Source of the DNA: an uncultured bacterium
GTDB taxonomy: Bacteria > Krumholzibacteriota > Krumholzibacteriia > LZORAL124-64-63
NCBI GenBank assembly: GCA_963732385.1
Contig: CAVSZB010000007.1
Location: forward strand, 1,312,001-1,376,000
Direction of reading: 5' to 3'
DNA length: 64,000 bases
Below the pieces are notes generated by a model that ran no database searches, was not told the DNA's origin, and saw nothing but the letters and a program-made list of their open reading frames with translations. The position numbers were made by a program, and so were the translations under genes. How positions within the stretch are numbered: position 1 is the stretch's first letter; each line of letters starts with the position of its first letter. Positions 1-9,914 of the stretch are shown here, piece by piece.

Positions 1-2
1 TC

Positions 3-668
3 CGGGCGGTAGGGCGACCACCGAACCTGTTCGCGCCGAAAAGCTCGCGCATCGTACGGTGGCTCCTCATCCATTCTGCCGAGCACGTCAGCCAGCGAGA
101 ATTGGCCCGCGCCACCGGCCTCGACGAGGGTTTCGTCAGCCGCCTCGTGGCCCGCCTGGTGCAGGACGACTATCTCGTCCGCGATGTGCATGGAGCCGTC
201 CGTCCCAGGGATCCGGCGCTGCTGCTCGACGCCTGGCGGGAGACCTGCCCGTTCTCGAAGCACACTCTCCACCAGGGGCATGTCGCCGCCCGCTCGGGGG
301 ATACGCTCCTGCGATTCGTCACCGACACGCTCGTGGAGCAGGGGATCGAGCATGCGGCCACGGGGCTGGCCGCCGCCTGGGCGCTCACCCGTTTCGCCGC
401 CTTCCGGATCGCCACGGTCTACCTGCCCACCGATCCGTCGTTCGCGCTTCTCGAACGGCTCAATTGTCGCGAGGATCCGCGCGGCGCGAATCTCTGGCTC
501 GTGGTTCCGAACGACGCGGGCGTGTTCCAGGGCGCCTTCAAGCAGGATGGCATCAGGTGCGTTCACCCCGTGCAGGTCTACGTCGATCTCAAGGGCCACC
601 CGGAGCGGGCAACGGAGGCCGCGGAGCGCCTGCGAAGCGAGCTGCTGACCTGGAGACCTGGTGACTGA
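3..668 (+). CDS. Type IV TA AbiEi-like antitoxin / winged-helix regulator (5' end outside window)
   Basis: Frame is open from position 3 (RAVGRPPNLFAPKSSRIVRWLL..SQRELARATGLDEGFVSRLVARL, HTH-like). C-terminal HPVQVYVDL..HPERATEAAERLR resembles AbiEi_2-type proteins. Overlaps the start of a nucleotidyltransferase-like gene. Confidence 0.7.
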   Translation, partial: RAVGRPPNLFAPKSSRIVRWLLIHSAEHVSQRELARATGLDEGFVSRLVARLVQDDYLVRDVHGAVRPRDPALLLDAWRETCPFSKHTLHQGHVAARSGDTLLRFVTDTLVEQGIEHAATGLAAAWALTRFAAFRIATVYLPTDPSFALLERLNCREDPRGANLWLVVPNDAGVFQGAFKQDGIRCVHPVQVYVDLKGHPERATEAAERLRSELLTWRPGD

Positions 669-1102
669 CAAACCCGGGCGAGCCTCAGCGTACACGAGCG
701 AGCAGGTCAGGCTCGTGCGGGCGACCTGTCTGTACGTCGCCACCAGGCTCGGCGACCTGATGGATGACTTGGTTGTGGTCGGCGGTCTCGTTCCCTCGCT
801 GCTCGTTGAAAGCACTGGCGTTTTGGGGCCGCGGGGAGAACAAGGACGCGTACGACCTCTACTACTTCATCCGCAATTTCGGCGCAGGCGTCGGGGACGT
901 GGCGAACTGCCTGCGCCCACTTCTTGGCGACGAAGAGTCGCAGCGTGCGCTCCAGGTCCTGCGCAACGATTTCCTTGATCACGATGCCCTCGGACCCCGC
1001 CGGGTCGCGGAATTCCTGCAGGGTCGACCCGATGACGATATCCAGGCGGACGTGGTCGGGTTCATGAGGGCACTGCTCGAACGCTGCCGGCTTTCCCCAT
1101 GA
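661..1102 (+). pseudogene. AbiEii-like nucleotidyltransferase toxin with internal deletion and frameshift
   Basis: N-terminal LVVVGGLVPSLL (frame of 661) abuts C-terminal LKALAF.GRGENKDAYDLYY (frame of 764) at about 805. The central catalytic segment is missing. Confidence 0.7.
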
Positions 1103-1106
1103 ACAG

Positions 1107-1134
1107 GGCCCCCGCGGCTCGTGCCGCGGGGGCC
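1107..1134. terminator. GC-rich hairpin between convergent genes
   Basis: GGCCCCCGCGGC-TCGT-GCCGCGGGGGCC, a perfect 12-bp stem. Confidence 0.6.
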
Positions 1135-1175
1135 ACAGAAAAGACCGTCTTCAGAGCTTTACGCCGGTCGTTCCA

Positions 1176-4100
1176 TCATTTGACAAGGCTCATGCGCACC
1201 GTCCGCAGCGTGCCCCCCGCCTGCAGGCGGGCGAAGTAACTCCCCGAAGCCACCGACTGGCCGTCATCGTCACGACCGTTCCAGACCGCCCGCTGGCTGC
1301 CCCGGGGCAGATCGGCATCCACCAGGCCGCGCACCAGCTTGCCGCGGAGATCGTAGATCGCCAGGCGCGCCCGACCGGCTTCCGGCAGGTCGAAACGGAT
1401 CGTGGTCTGCGGATTGAACGGATTCGGCTGGTTGGGGTACAGACGCAGCTGGACGACCTGCGCCCCCGGCACACCGGTCGTCTGGTCCGGCGCCAGCACG
1501 GCGCACCCGCTCTCGTTCCCGTTCACGTCCACCGCCGACAGCTTGTAGTAGCTGCCGGACGGAGCGTCGTCCGCGTAGGCAAGCGACTGGCTCGTGGCGA
1601 TGAGACTGCCCGCGTCGGGCGTGAAGTCCGCCGTCGTGCCGCGGTAGATCCGGTAGTACCACAGGTCCGGTTCCAGGCTGGCGTCCCATTCCAGGGTGGT
1701 CACCCCGGCCAGGTAGGCGCCCACCAGACCAACCGGGGGCGCCGGCGGCAGGTTGTCCACCGAGTAGCCCGAGTCGGGAGTCGAGTCGTACATGACCCCC
1801 AACGTCGCCGTCGACGCCCGCACGAAGTAGACAGCCCGGTGGATCCCCGTCGAGTTCGAGTCGGCCAGCGTCGGCACGACCGTCTCGTACGGACCGTCGG
1901 TCGTGGCCGGCACCGCGCTTACGTAGTCCCAGCCCAGCAGCGCCTTGTCGGAGGTCGCGTCCGGTTCGCTGCCCGTCACCGGCGCCTCAGCACCGTTCGG
2001 CGCGGCCAGCTTGGTCCCGGCGCTCTTGCGGTAGATGTAATAATTGATGATCGGCGTGGCCGACCCGAGATAGTCGAAGCCGCTCGCGGCGAACTTCAGC
2101 CGCACCTGCAGCCCCTGATCGGCCTTGATGTCCAGGATGCTGGTGACGGCCGGCGCCGCGCTGGCCACGACGTTCTGGAACCGCGTGTCCGAGATGCTGC
2201 CGAACAGCCTCCCGTCGCCGCTGTACACCGCCGACAAGGCCCGCACGCCCAGCCGGGGCGCGAACAACGCCAGGCCGGCCACGCCGCTGTTCACCGGCGA
2301 AGTGCCCAGCAGCGTGGTGCCGTCGAAGAAGCTCACGGTGCCGGTCGGCGTGCCGGAGCCAGGCGCCGGCACCGACACGGTCGCCGTGAGCGTCACCGGC
2401 GCGCCGAGCATGGCCGGGTTGGGACTGATGGCGAGGGCGGTGCGCGTGGGCGTGAACGCGAGCAGCACCGAGACCGAGCTGGAGTTGCTGTTCGCCACCG
2501 CCAGGTCGGGTCGGCCATCGCCGTTCGCATCGCCCAGTGTGGCCGAGATCGGATAGCTTCCCAGCGTGAAATCGGTCTTCGCCCCGAACCCGCCCACGCC
2601 ATCGCCGAGCAGAACCGACAGCGTGCCGGCGTTGTAGTTCACTGCCGCCAGGTCGGGCCGGTCGTCGCCGGTCAGGTCGGCCAGGACGACCGAATACGGA
2701 CCGGTCCCCGTCGTGAAGTCGGTCCTGGTGCCGAAGCTGCCCGTGCCGGTGCCGGGCAACACCGAGATCGTGTTCGAATTGAGATTCGCCACCGCCAGGT
2801 CGGGCCGGCCATCACCGTTGGCGTCCCCGATGGCGACCGCGGACGGGCTCGTCCCGGTCGTGAAGTCCGTCTTCGCCCCCAATGCGCCCGTGGAACTGCC
2901 GAGCAGCACCGAGACCGTGCTGGAGTTGTAATTCGCCACCGCCACATCGGAGCGGCCGTCGCCGCTGACGTCCCCGATGGCGACCGCGAGCGGAGAGGAC
3001 CCCACCGCGTAGTCGGCCCGGCTCCCGAAGCCGCCCGCGCCGTTGCCGGGCAGGACCGAGACCGTGTTGGCGAAGTAGTTAGCCACGACCAGGTCGGGCT
3101 GGCCATCGCTGGTCACGTCGCCGATGGCGACCGAGTGCGGTCCGTTCCCCGTCACGAGATCCGTCCTCGTGCCGAACCCGCCCGCGCCGTTGCCCAGCAG
3201 CACCGAGACCGTGTTCGAATTGAGGTTCGCCACCGCCAGGTCAAGCCGGCCATCGCCGCTCACGTCCCCGATGGCGACCGCATACGGAGTGGACCCCATG
3301 GCGAAGTCGGTCTTCGCCCCGAACCCTCCCGTGCCGTTGCCCAGCAGCACCGAGACCGTGTTGGCGGTACGGTTCGCCACCGCCAGATCGAGCCAGCCAT
3401 CTCCGTTCACATCCCCGCTGGCGACCGAAGCCGGATTCGACCCGGCCGTGAAGTCCGTCCTGGCCCCGAACCCGCCCATGCCGTTGCCCAGCAGCACCGA
3501 CACGGTGGATGCGTCGTAGTTCGCGGTCGCCAGATCGGGCCGGCCATCGCCATTGACATCCCCGCGGACCACCCCATTCGGACCGGCCCCCGTCGCGAAG
3601 TCGGTCTTCGCCCCGAACCCGCCCGTGCCGTTACCCAGCAACACCGACACCGTGGAGGACAAACTGTTCGCCACCGCCAGATCGGCCCGGCCATCGAGGC
3701 TCACGTCCCCGATGACGACCGCATAGGGCGCGGTCCCCGTCGCGTAGTCGGTCCGCGCCCCGAACCCGCCCGTGCCATTGCCCGGCAACACCGACACCGT
3801 GGAGGCGCCATAGTTCGCCACCGCCAGGTCGGGTCGGCCATCGCCACTCACATCCCCGATGGCCAGGGCGATCGGCAGATTCCCCGTTCCAAAGTCGGTC
3901 CTGGCCCCGAATCCACCCGCGCCGTTGCCCAGCAACACCGACACCGTCCCGGCATTGAAGTTCGCCGTTGCCAGATCGAGCCGGCCGTCGCCGCTCACGT
4001 CCCCGATGGCGACCGCATACGGATAGTTCCCCGTCGCGAAGTCGGTCTTCGTGCCGAACCCGCCCATCCCGTTGCCCAGCAACACCGACACCGTGTTGGC

Positions 4101-4646
4101 GCCGGCGTTCGCCGCCGCGAGGTCGGGCCGGCCATCGCCGTTGACGTCCCCGATGGCGACCGAGAGCGGACTGCTCCCCGTCGGAAAGTCGGTCTTCGGC
4201 CCGAACCCGCCCGCACCGTTGCCCAGCAGGACCGAGATCGTATTGCCGCCATAGTTGGCGACCGCCAGGTCGGGCCGCCCGTCGCCATTGAGGTCCCCCA
4301 CGGCGACCGAATTCGGATAGCTGCCGGTTGCGAAGTCCGTCTTCGCCTCGAACCGGCCCGCACCATTGCCGAGCAGCACCGAGACCGTGGCGGAACTGCA
4401 GTTCACCACCGCCAGATCGGGCGCGCCATCGCCGTTGAGATCTCCCATGACGGCCGAGACGGGATTCTCCCCGGTCGGGAAGTCCACGCGGGTGCCGAGG
4501 CTGAAACCCTGTGCGGTCGCCGTAGCCGGGAACAGCCCCGCAAGACCCGCCAGCACGAGCAGGCTCGCGCTTCCCGGAAGTGCCCATTTCCCCGACCGCA
4601 GGCACGAACGCCAAGCATATCCCTGAATGCCGGACCACCGTTGCAT
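1176..4646 (-). CDS. Secreted FG-GAP/VCBS repeat protein with Ig-like, FN3-like and C-terminal FlgD-Ig domains
   Basis: ATG at 4646 with a G-rich RBS; signal peptide ending ATATA-Q. It has 14 GDxxGDGxxDLAVAN repeats, an Ig-like PTGTVSFFDGTTLLG segment, YSVDNLPPAPP, and a C-terminal PNQPNPFNPQTTIRF..WNGRDDDG..VASGSYF. Confidence 0.9.
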   Translation of the reverse strand: MQRWSGIQGYAWRSCLRSGKWALPGSASLLVLAGLAGLFPATATAQGFSLGTRVDFPTGENPVSAVMGDLNGDGAPDLAVVNCSSATVSVLLGNGAGRFEAKTDFATGSYPNSVAVGDLNGDGRPDLAVANYGGNTISVLLGNGAGGFGPKTDFPTGSSPLSVAIGDVNGDGRPDLAAANAGANTVSVLLGNGMGGFGTKTDFATGNYPYAVAIGDVSGDGRLDLATANFNAGTVSVLLGNGAGGFGARTDFGTGNLPIALAIGDVSGDGRPDLAVANYGASTVSVLPGNGTGGFGARTDYATGTAPYAVVIGDVSLDGRADLAVANSLSSTVSVLLGNGTGGFGAKTDFATGAGPNGVVRGDVNGDGRPDLATANYDASTVSVLLGNGMGGFGARTDFTAGSNPASVASGDVNGDGWLDLAVANRTANTVSVLLGNGTGGFGAKTDFAMGSTPYAVAIGDVSGDGRLDLAVANLNSNTVSVLLGNGAGGFGTRTDLVTGNGPHSVAIGDVTSDGQPDLVVANYFANTVSVLPGNGAGGFGSRADYAVGSSPLAVAIGDVSGDGRSDVAVANYNSSTVSVLLGSSTGALGAKTDFTTGTSPSAVAIGDANGDGRPDLAVANLNSNTISVLPGTGTGSFGTRTDFTTGTGPYSVVLADLTGDDRPDLAAVNYNAGTLSVLLGDGVGGFGAKTDFTLGSYPISATLGDANGDGRPDLAVANSNSSSVSVLLAFTPTRTALAISPNPAMLGAPVTLTATVSVPAPGSGTPTGTVSFFDGTTLLGTSPVNSGVAGLALFAPRLGVRALSAVYSGDGRLFGSISDTRFQNVVASAAPAVTSILDIKADQGLQVRLKFAASGFDYLGSATPIINYYIYRKSAGTKLAAPNGAEAPVTGSEPDATSDKALLGWDYVSAVPATTDGPYETVVPTLADSNSTGIHRAVYFVRASTATLGVMYDSTPDSGYSVDNLPPAPPVGLVGAYLAGVTTLEWDASLEPDLWYYRIYRGTTADFTPDAGSLIATSQSLAYADDAPSGSYYKLSAVDVNGNESGCAVLAPDQTTGVPGAQVVQLRLYPNQPNPFNPQTTIRFDLPEAGRARLAIYDLRGKLVRGLVDADLPRGSQRAVWNGRDDDGQSVASGSYFARLQAGGTLRTVRMSLVK
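2465..4490 (-). repeat. 14 tandem intragenic FG-GAP repeats of about 147 bp (49 aa)
   Basis: Repeat-start Gly codons at 4445, 4298 and 4151 are 147 bp apart; 14 copies counted in the translation. Confidence 0.9.
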
Positions 4647-4750
4647 CGCAGTTCCCCCTGTCGAGTCAAGATCCCCCGGCGAAACGCCCTCGGATAGCGG
4701 AGCGATGGGAAGAAGCAACGATTCCAGCAATATCACAAGTCTGATGAATC

Positions 4751-4879
4751 CCTTGTGCCGCCCAAATTGTTTCTCTCCAGGAAACACCGGATAATTTGAT
4801 CTTATGCGCCCGAAAACGGGCCTCTTTTGTCGGATTGGGGCCTGCAGGACAGGCCGGAAACAATTTGGGCGGCACAAGG
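4751..4879. mobile_element. MITE-like 129-bp element with perfect 23-bp terminal inverted repeats
   Basis: CCTTGTGCCGCCCAAATTGTTTC (4751-4773) and its exact reverse complement (4857-4879) bracket an AT-richer interior; no clear target-site duplication. Confidence 0.65.
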
Positions 4880-5017
4880 AGCTGCGAGACACCGCAGCGA
4901 CGAATTGGTGCGCGGGCGGGCTGCCCGGCGTAGGATCGGGCGTGGGTCGAACGAGGCGGCCACGCGGTCGGCTGCCATCGCCACCGCACCCCGAACCGCA
5001 ACGATCGGAGTCCGCTC

Positions 5018-5503
5018 ATGAACCCGGCGCTTGCCCCCCTGCTCGCCCAGCTCAAGGTGAACGACTGGCTGTTCCGACAGTCGCTGGACGGCCTGACCGC
5101 CGGGGAGGCGGCGCACTCGCCCGACGGGAAGATCAACTCGCCGCAGTGGGTGGCCGGCCACATGGTCTATGCGCGCGCCGCGCTGGCCCGGCTGCTCGGA
5201 CTGACGGAGGAGCTGACACCGTTCGGCGGCGTGTTCGACCGGGGCGCGCCGTTCGACCCGGCGGCCGCCTACCCACCGCTAACCGAGATCACCGCGCTGT
5301 TCGCAGACCTCGGCCAACGGATCCGCACCCGCGCAGAGACGATCTCCGAGGCCGTGCTCGCCGCCCCCGCGCCGTTCAATCTGCCGATCAGCGACAAGTC
5401 CATCCTCGGCGGCATCGCCTTCCTGGCGCTGCACGAAAGCTACCACGCCGGCCAGCTCGGGTACCTGCGCCGACTGCTCGGTTACGACTCGGCAACCGGC
5501 TGA
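5018..5503 (+). CDS. DinB family protein
   Basis: INSPQWVAGH ... HESYHAGQLGYLRRLLG His-triad pattern. Confidence 0.85.
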   Translation: MNPALAPLLAQLKVNDWLFRQSLDGLTAGEAAHSPDGKINSPQWVAGHMVYARAALARLLGLTEELTPFGGVFDRGAPFDPAAAYPPLTEITALFADLGQRIRTRAETISEAVLAAPAPFNLPISDKSILGGIAFLALHESYHAGQLGYLRRLLGYDSATG

Positions 5504-5681
5504 GCGGGGCGTGAGCTGGCGCCGGACGCGGTCATGGCGAGGTCAGACAGCCCCTCCTCTGTGCAACCCTCGCGGTTGCGGCGTTCCGGCAGTCCCGTCT
5601 GACGCCGGCAACTTTGAGTAAGCACTTCCGTAATGTCGCGCATCGCCCCCGACGATCCACCATGTCGCCACGGGAGATCGC

Positions 5682-7928
5682 ATGCTGTGCCGTCATCTGC
5701 TCTGCGCGCTTATGCTGACGATCGCCCTCGCCGCATCCGTCGCGGCGCAGACCGAATTCACCCCCCAGGTCCGACCGACCCTCTCCATCCAGCGGACGAG
5801 CGGGCCGATCACGATCGACGGCCGCCTCGACGACGAAGGGTGGCGCGGGGTCGCCCGGGCCGAGGGCTTCGCCGAGGTTGAACCCAACGAGCATGCGCGT
5901 CCCCCGGTCGGGACCGAGGCGTTCGTCGCCTTCGACGACGACCGGCTCTATGTGGCGTTTCGCTGCGAGGACGATCCCGCGGCCGTGCGCGCCTCGCTCT
6001 GCGAGCGGGACAAGATGTGGAACGACGACCACGTCTACGTCCTGATCGACACCTACGGCAGCCAGAACTGGGCGTACGAGCTATCGACCAATCCGCTGGG
6101 CGTCCAGGGGGACTGCCTCTGGTCGGCGGGCGGCGTCGAGGACTACGGGTTCGATGTCGTGTACGACACGGCCGGCCGGCTGACCGACACGGGCTACGAG
6201 GTCGAATTCGCGGTGCCGTTCTCCAGCCTGCGGTTTCCCGACGCGCCCAGCCAGACCTGGCGCGTGAACTTCTGGCGGGTGCACCCCCGCGCCGCAAAGT
6301 CCGAGTATGCCTGGGCCGCGAACAGCCGGGACGACCCCTGCTGGCCGTGCCAGTGGGGCACGCTCACCGGGCTCGATAACGTGCGGCCCGGCAGGGGCTT
6401 CGAACTGCTCCCCGCCTTCACCTCCCGCCAGACCTCGGTGCGCGGTCCCGACGGCCGGATGGCCGACGGGGACCTGCTGGGCGCGCCGTCGCTCGGCGTG
6501 AAGTACGCCCCCACCTCCAGCCTGATGGCGGAGGCGACGGCGAACCCGGACTTCAGCCAGGTGGAGTCGGACGCGGCGCAGATCGACGTCAACTCCACGT
6601 TCGCGCTGTTCTTCCCCGAGAAGCGCCCCTTCTTCCAGGAGGGGAGCGACATCTTCGCCACACCGTTCACGGTCGTCTACACGCGCAGCATCAACGATCC
6701 CGACTTCGCGGCCAAGCTGACCGGGCGTCCGGGGCGCAACGCGGTGGCCTTCCTCTCCGCCGTCGATGCCCGCACGCCGATCACGCTGCCGTTCGAGGAG
6801 CGCAGCGCGTTCGCGCTCGGCGGGCGGAGCGTGTCCAACATCCTGCGGCTGCAGCGTTCGCTCGGAGAGGAATCGCGGCTCGGGCTGATCGGCACCGACC
6901 GGCGGCTCGAGGGGGGCGGCTCGGGCACGACGGCCGGCCTCGACGGCAACGTGCGCCTGACGCAGCAGTGGCGGCTGCAGGGACAGGCGGTCTGGAGCCG
7001 CAGCGTCGAGCCCGACGACCCGGCTCTCACCTCCGGGCTCGAGGGGCTCACCTTCGACGATGGCCGGCACACCGCGGTCTTCGACGGCGAATCCTACTCC
7101 GGGCAGGCGTACTACGGCAGCCTGCAGCGGCGCGCACGGCGCTGGAACCTGAACCTCGACTACATCGATCGCAGCCCGACGTTCCGCGCCGACAGCGGCT
7201 TCGAGCCGCAGAACGATCTGCGCGAGGCGTGGGTGATCAACGGCTACAACATCTACTTCGACCGGGGACTGCTGCAGCGCGTTTCGAACCACCTCTACCT
7301 GCGCCGCGCCTGGAACTACGCCGGAGCCGTGAAGAACAACTACCTGCAGGCGGACGTGGCGCCCCGCTTCCGTTGGGCGCAGCTCAACGGGCACGTGCAG
7401 TACACCCGCGACGACGAACTGTACGCCGGCCGACAGTACGACGGGACCTGGCTGGTGCACTCCTGCTGGAACGTCACCCCGCTCAACGCCGTGACCGCGG
7501 ACTTCGGCCTGACGCGCGGACACCTGATCGCCCGCAACTTCGAGCGGCTGGGCGACGAAACCCGGTACAGCGCCTCGCTGACCCTGCGCCCGCTCGACCG
7601 GCTCGCGCTCGACCTGAGCTACAGCCACGCCGACAGCCGGGACCTCGCCACGGACGAGCGTCTCTTCGCCGGCTACGTCACGCGCGGCAAGCTCGGGCTG
7701 CAGGTCTCGCGCGAGTTGTCGGTCCGGCTCGTCGGGCAGTACAGCGATTTCCGCCGCTCGTGGGAGGTCGATCCTCTGGTGTCCTACCGCCTCAGCCCGT
7801 TCTCCATCTTCTACGTCGGTTCCACGCGCGATTATGCGCGCTACGCCGCCGTGGAGGATGGCACCGAGAGCTGGCAGCTGGGCGAGCGCACCTACTTCCT
7901 GAAGTTGCAGTACCTGCTGCGGCCGTGA
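5682..7928 (+). CDS. CBM9-like / DUF5916 outer-membrane beta-barrel protein
   Basis: Signal peptide; ITIDGRLDDEGW, NPLGVQGD, NPDFSQVESD..FFPEKRPFFQEG; C-terminal beta strand FLKLQYL. Confidence 0.85.
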   Translation: MLCRHLLCALMLTIALAASVAAQTEFTPQVRPTLSIQRTSGPITIDGRLDDEGWRGVARAEGFAEVEPNEHARPPVGTEAFVAFDDDRLYVAFRCEDDPAAVRASLCERDKMWNDDHVYVLIDTYGSQNWAYELSTNPLGVQGDCLWSAGGVEDYGFDVVYDTAGRLTDTGYEVEFAVPFSSLRFPDAPSQTWRVNFWRVHPRAAKSEYAWAANSRDDPCWPCQWGTLTGLDNVRPGRGFELLPAFTSRQTSVRGPDGRMADGDLLGAPSLGVKYAPTSSLMAEATANPDFSQVESDAAQIDVNSTFALFFPEKRPFFQEGSDIFATPFTVVYTRSINDPDFAAKLTGRPGRNAVAFLSAVDARTPITLPFEERSAFALGGRSVSNILRLQRSLGEESRLGLIGTDRRLEGGGSGTTAGLDGNVRLTQQWRLQGQAVWSRSVEPDDPALTSGLEGLTFDDGRHTAVFDGESYSGQAYYGSLQRRARRWNLNLDYIDRSPTFRADSGFEPQNDLREAWVINGYNIYFDRGLLQRVSNHLYLRRAWNYAGAVKNNYLQADVAPRFRWAQLNGHVQYTRDDELYAGRQYDGTWLVHSCWNVTPLNAVTADFGLTRGHLIARNFERLGDETRYSASLTLRPLDRLALDLSYSHADSRDLATDERLFAGYVTRGKLGLQVSRELSVRLVGQYSDFRRSWEVDPLVSYRLSPFSIFYVGSTRDYARYAAVEDGTESWQLGERTYFLKLQYLLRP

Positions 7929-7982
7929 GGGCGGTGCCTGAGGCGACACGGCTGGTACCCGTCATATCCGCCGGGTCCTCGA

Positions 7983-8696
7983 TCAGCCCTTTGCCGCCTC
8001 CACCCGCTCCATCATGCCGCGCAGCCAGACCTGCAGCGGGTGCATGGCGCGCCAGCGCGCGAAGCACCAGTCGAGCAGGCCGCGCGTGTGCAACTCCGGC
8101 GGGACCGGCGCGTCGGCGCGCAGCCAGATGCTGCCATAGCGCAGCAGGTCGGCGCGCGGGTGATCCGCCGGGTAGCCGGCCGGCACCCGCTTGTAGCTCT
8201 CCTCGCCCGCCGCGCAGCCCGCGCGACCCGCCTTCGCCAGCAGGGTCGCCAGCTGCCGCCCGTGACGGGGATCGTCCACGGATGCGCGCCAGGTCGCCAG
8301 CTGTGGCTTGTCGAACATGTACTTGCCGACGTAGAGCTGCAGCCGGGGCGGCTCGAGGTGGAAGTAGTAGCCCGGCCCGTTCTGACGCTCCCCCTCCCAG
8401 AAGAAGATGCCAAGGTGCGTCTTGTAGGGACGCTTGTCCTTGCTGAAGCGGACATCGCGGTGGATGCGGAAGATGGAACCGGAACCGTTCGTGCGCGGGT
8501 CCACCCGCAGGTCGGGCGAGAGGCGGCGCAGCCGCGCGCCCATCTCCACCACGAAGGCCCGCGCGGGGACCAGCACGTGCGCCTCATAGTCGGCCTTGTG
8601 CGCGGCGAACCAGTCGCGGTCGTTGTGGCGGGCGAGCGCGCGGAAGAAGGTCAGACTCCCGGGCGGGAAACCGTTGAACACGTAATCTTCGAGCAT
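7983..8696 (-). CDS. DUF2461 (TIGR02453-like) protein
   Basis: HNDRDWF..HK..YE and SIFRIHRDVRFSKDKRPYKTH. Confidence 0.9.
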   Translation of the reverse strand: MLEDYVFNGFPPGSLTFFRALARHNDRDWFAAHKADYEAHVLVPARAFVVEMGARLRRLSPDLRVDPRTNGSGSIFRIHRDVRFSKDKRPYKTHLGIFFWEGERQNGPGYYFHLEPPRLQLYVGKYMFDKPQLATWRASVDDPRHGRQLATLLAKAGRAGCAAGEESYKRVPAGYPADHPRADLLRYGSIWLRADAPVPPELHTRGLLDWCFARWRAMHPLQVWLRGMMERVEAAKG

Positions 8697-8749
8697 GGCT
8701 GCACCTCGGCCGGCATGATACGCGAATGGGCCCCGGATTTGTCGCCGGC

Positions 8750-9889
8750 CTACTCGAGGTAGCCGAGGCTGAGCATCTGCCGGCGGATGAGATCGTGCTG
8801 ATCCGGGGTGTCGAACACCGCGTGGCTGTGGAACCTGATGCGCACCTGCTCGCCCGGCAGCCGCGCCGCGGCGCGTCCGGCCGGCTTCGGCTCGACCATG
8901 CGCACCGCCAGTCCGCCGAGGTCGAGGTCGATCTCGAAACGGTCGCCGCGGTAGTGCACGTTGCGGATCACCGCCTCCAGACCGGCCCCCTCCGGGCCCG
9001 CGCCCGCCGTGGTGATGCCGGCCGGCGCGATCTCCACGTCCTCCGGCCGCACCAGCAGCACGAGTTCGCCGGTCGCCGTCGGCACCGCCAGGCCGGGCGC
9101 CGCCAGCCGGTCGCGCCCCAGGCGCAGCACGCCGTCCTTAACGACCCCTTCGAGGACGTTCACGTTGCCGATGAAGCTCGCCACGAAGCGGGTGCGCGGG
9201 TGGTCGTAGATCTCTTCCGCCACGCCGATCTGTTCGACGCGGCCGCGGTTGAGCACGACGATCTCGTCGGCGATCTCGATCGCCTCCTCCTGGTCGTGGG
9301 TTACGAAGACGGTCGTCGTGTGGACTTCGTCATGGAGCCGGCGGAGCTGATTGGCGAGATTGCGGCGCACCTTGATGTCGAGGGCGCCGAACGGCTCGTC
9401 CAGCAGCAAAACGCCGGGCCGCGGCGCCAGCGCCCGCGCCAACGCGACGCGCTGCCGCTGACCGCCGGAGAGCTGCGCCGGATAGCGGTCGGCATAGCCG
9501 CGCAGCTGCACCTGGTCGAGCAGTTCCTCCACCCGCTCGCGCACCTGGGCGCGCGGCCACTTCCGCACCTCGAGCCCGAAGGCGATGTTGCGGGCGACCG
9601 TGGCGTGCTTGAAGAGCGCGTAGTTCTGGAATACGAAACCGACGCCGCGCCGGTGCACCGGCACCCCGGTGACGTCCTGCCCCTCCAGCTCCACGGTGCC
9701 GCGATCGGGGACCTCCAGACCGGCGATGATCCGCAGGATGGTGCTCTTGCCCGATCCGCTCGGCCCGAGCAGCGCCACGAGGTGCCCTTCCGGCACGGCG
9801 AACGTCACGTCGGAGACGGCCAGCAACCCCTCCGTCTGCCCCCGTCCGGGCGGAAAACGCTTGGTCAGATTGCGCACGACGATGGCCAT
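8750..9889 (-). CDS. cysA: Sulfate ABC transporter ATP-binding protein
   Basis: Walker [48 protein letters not shown]-like tail; start MAIVVRNL at 9889. Confidence 0.9.
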   Translation of the reverse strand: MAIVVRNLTKRFPPGRGQTEGLLAVSDVTFAVPEGHLVALLGPSGSGKSTILRIIAGLEVPDRGTVELEGQDVTGVPVHRRGVGFVFQNYALFKHATVARNIAFGLEVRKWPRAQVRERVEELLDQVQLRGYADRYPAQLSGGQRQRVALARALAPRPGVLLLDEPFGALDIKVRRNLANQLRRLHDEVHTTTVFVTHDQEEAIEIADEIVVLNRGRVEQIGVAEEIYDHPRTRFVASFIGNVNVLEGVVKDGVLRLGRDRLAAPGLAVPTATGELVLLVRPEDVEIAPAGITTAGAGPEGAGLEAVIRNVHYRGDRFEIDLDLGGLAVRMVEPKPAGRAAARLPGEQVRIRFHSHAVFDTPDQHDLIRRQMLSLGYLE

Positions 9890-9914
9890 CGACGATCCTT
9901 TCGCGGCCCCACGC

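Noticed and set aside
2465..4490. Regular 147-bp periodicity as a possible CRISPR or non-coding array
   Set aside because: The repeats are in-frame coding FG-GAP units with synonymous variation and no repeat-spacer structure.
4648..4667. CTCGACAGGG(GG)AACTGC on the minus strand, similar to 12772-12787
   Set aside because: A short gapped match in different functional contexts (RBS versus promoter spacer); likely chance.
1839..4697. 952-aa plus-strand ORF, and similar long antisense ORFs (24355-26775, 27471-30032, 38510-40681, 44522-47173)
   Set aside because: These are shadow frames of well-supported genes on the opposite strand; high GC suppresses stop codons and the translations are Arg/Gly-rich without motifs.
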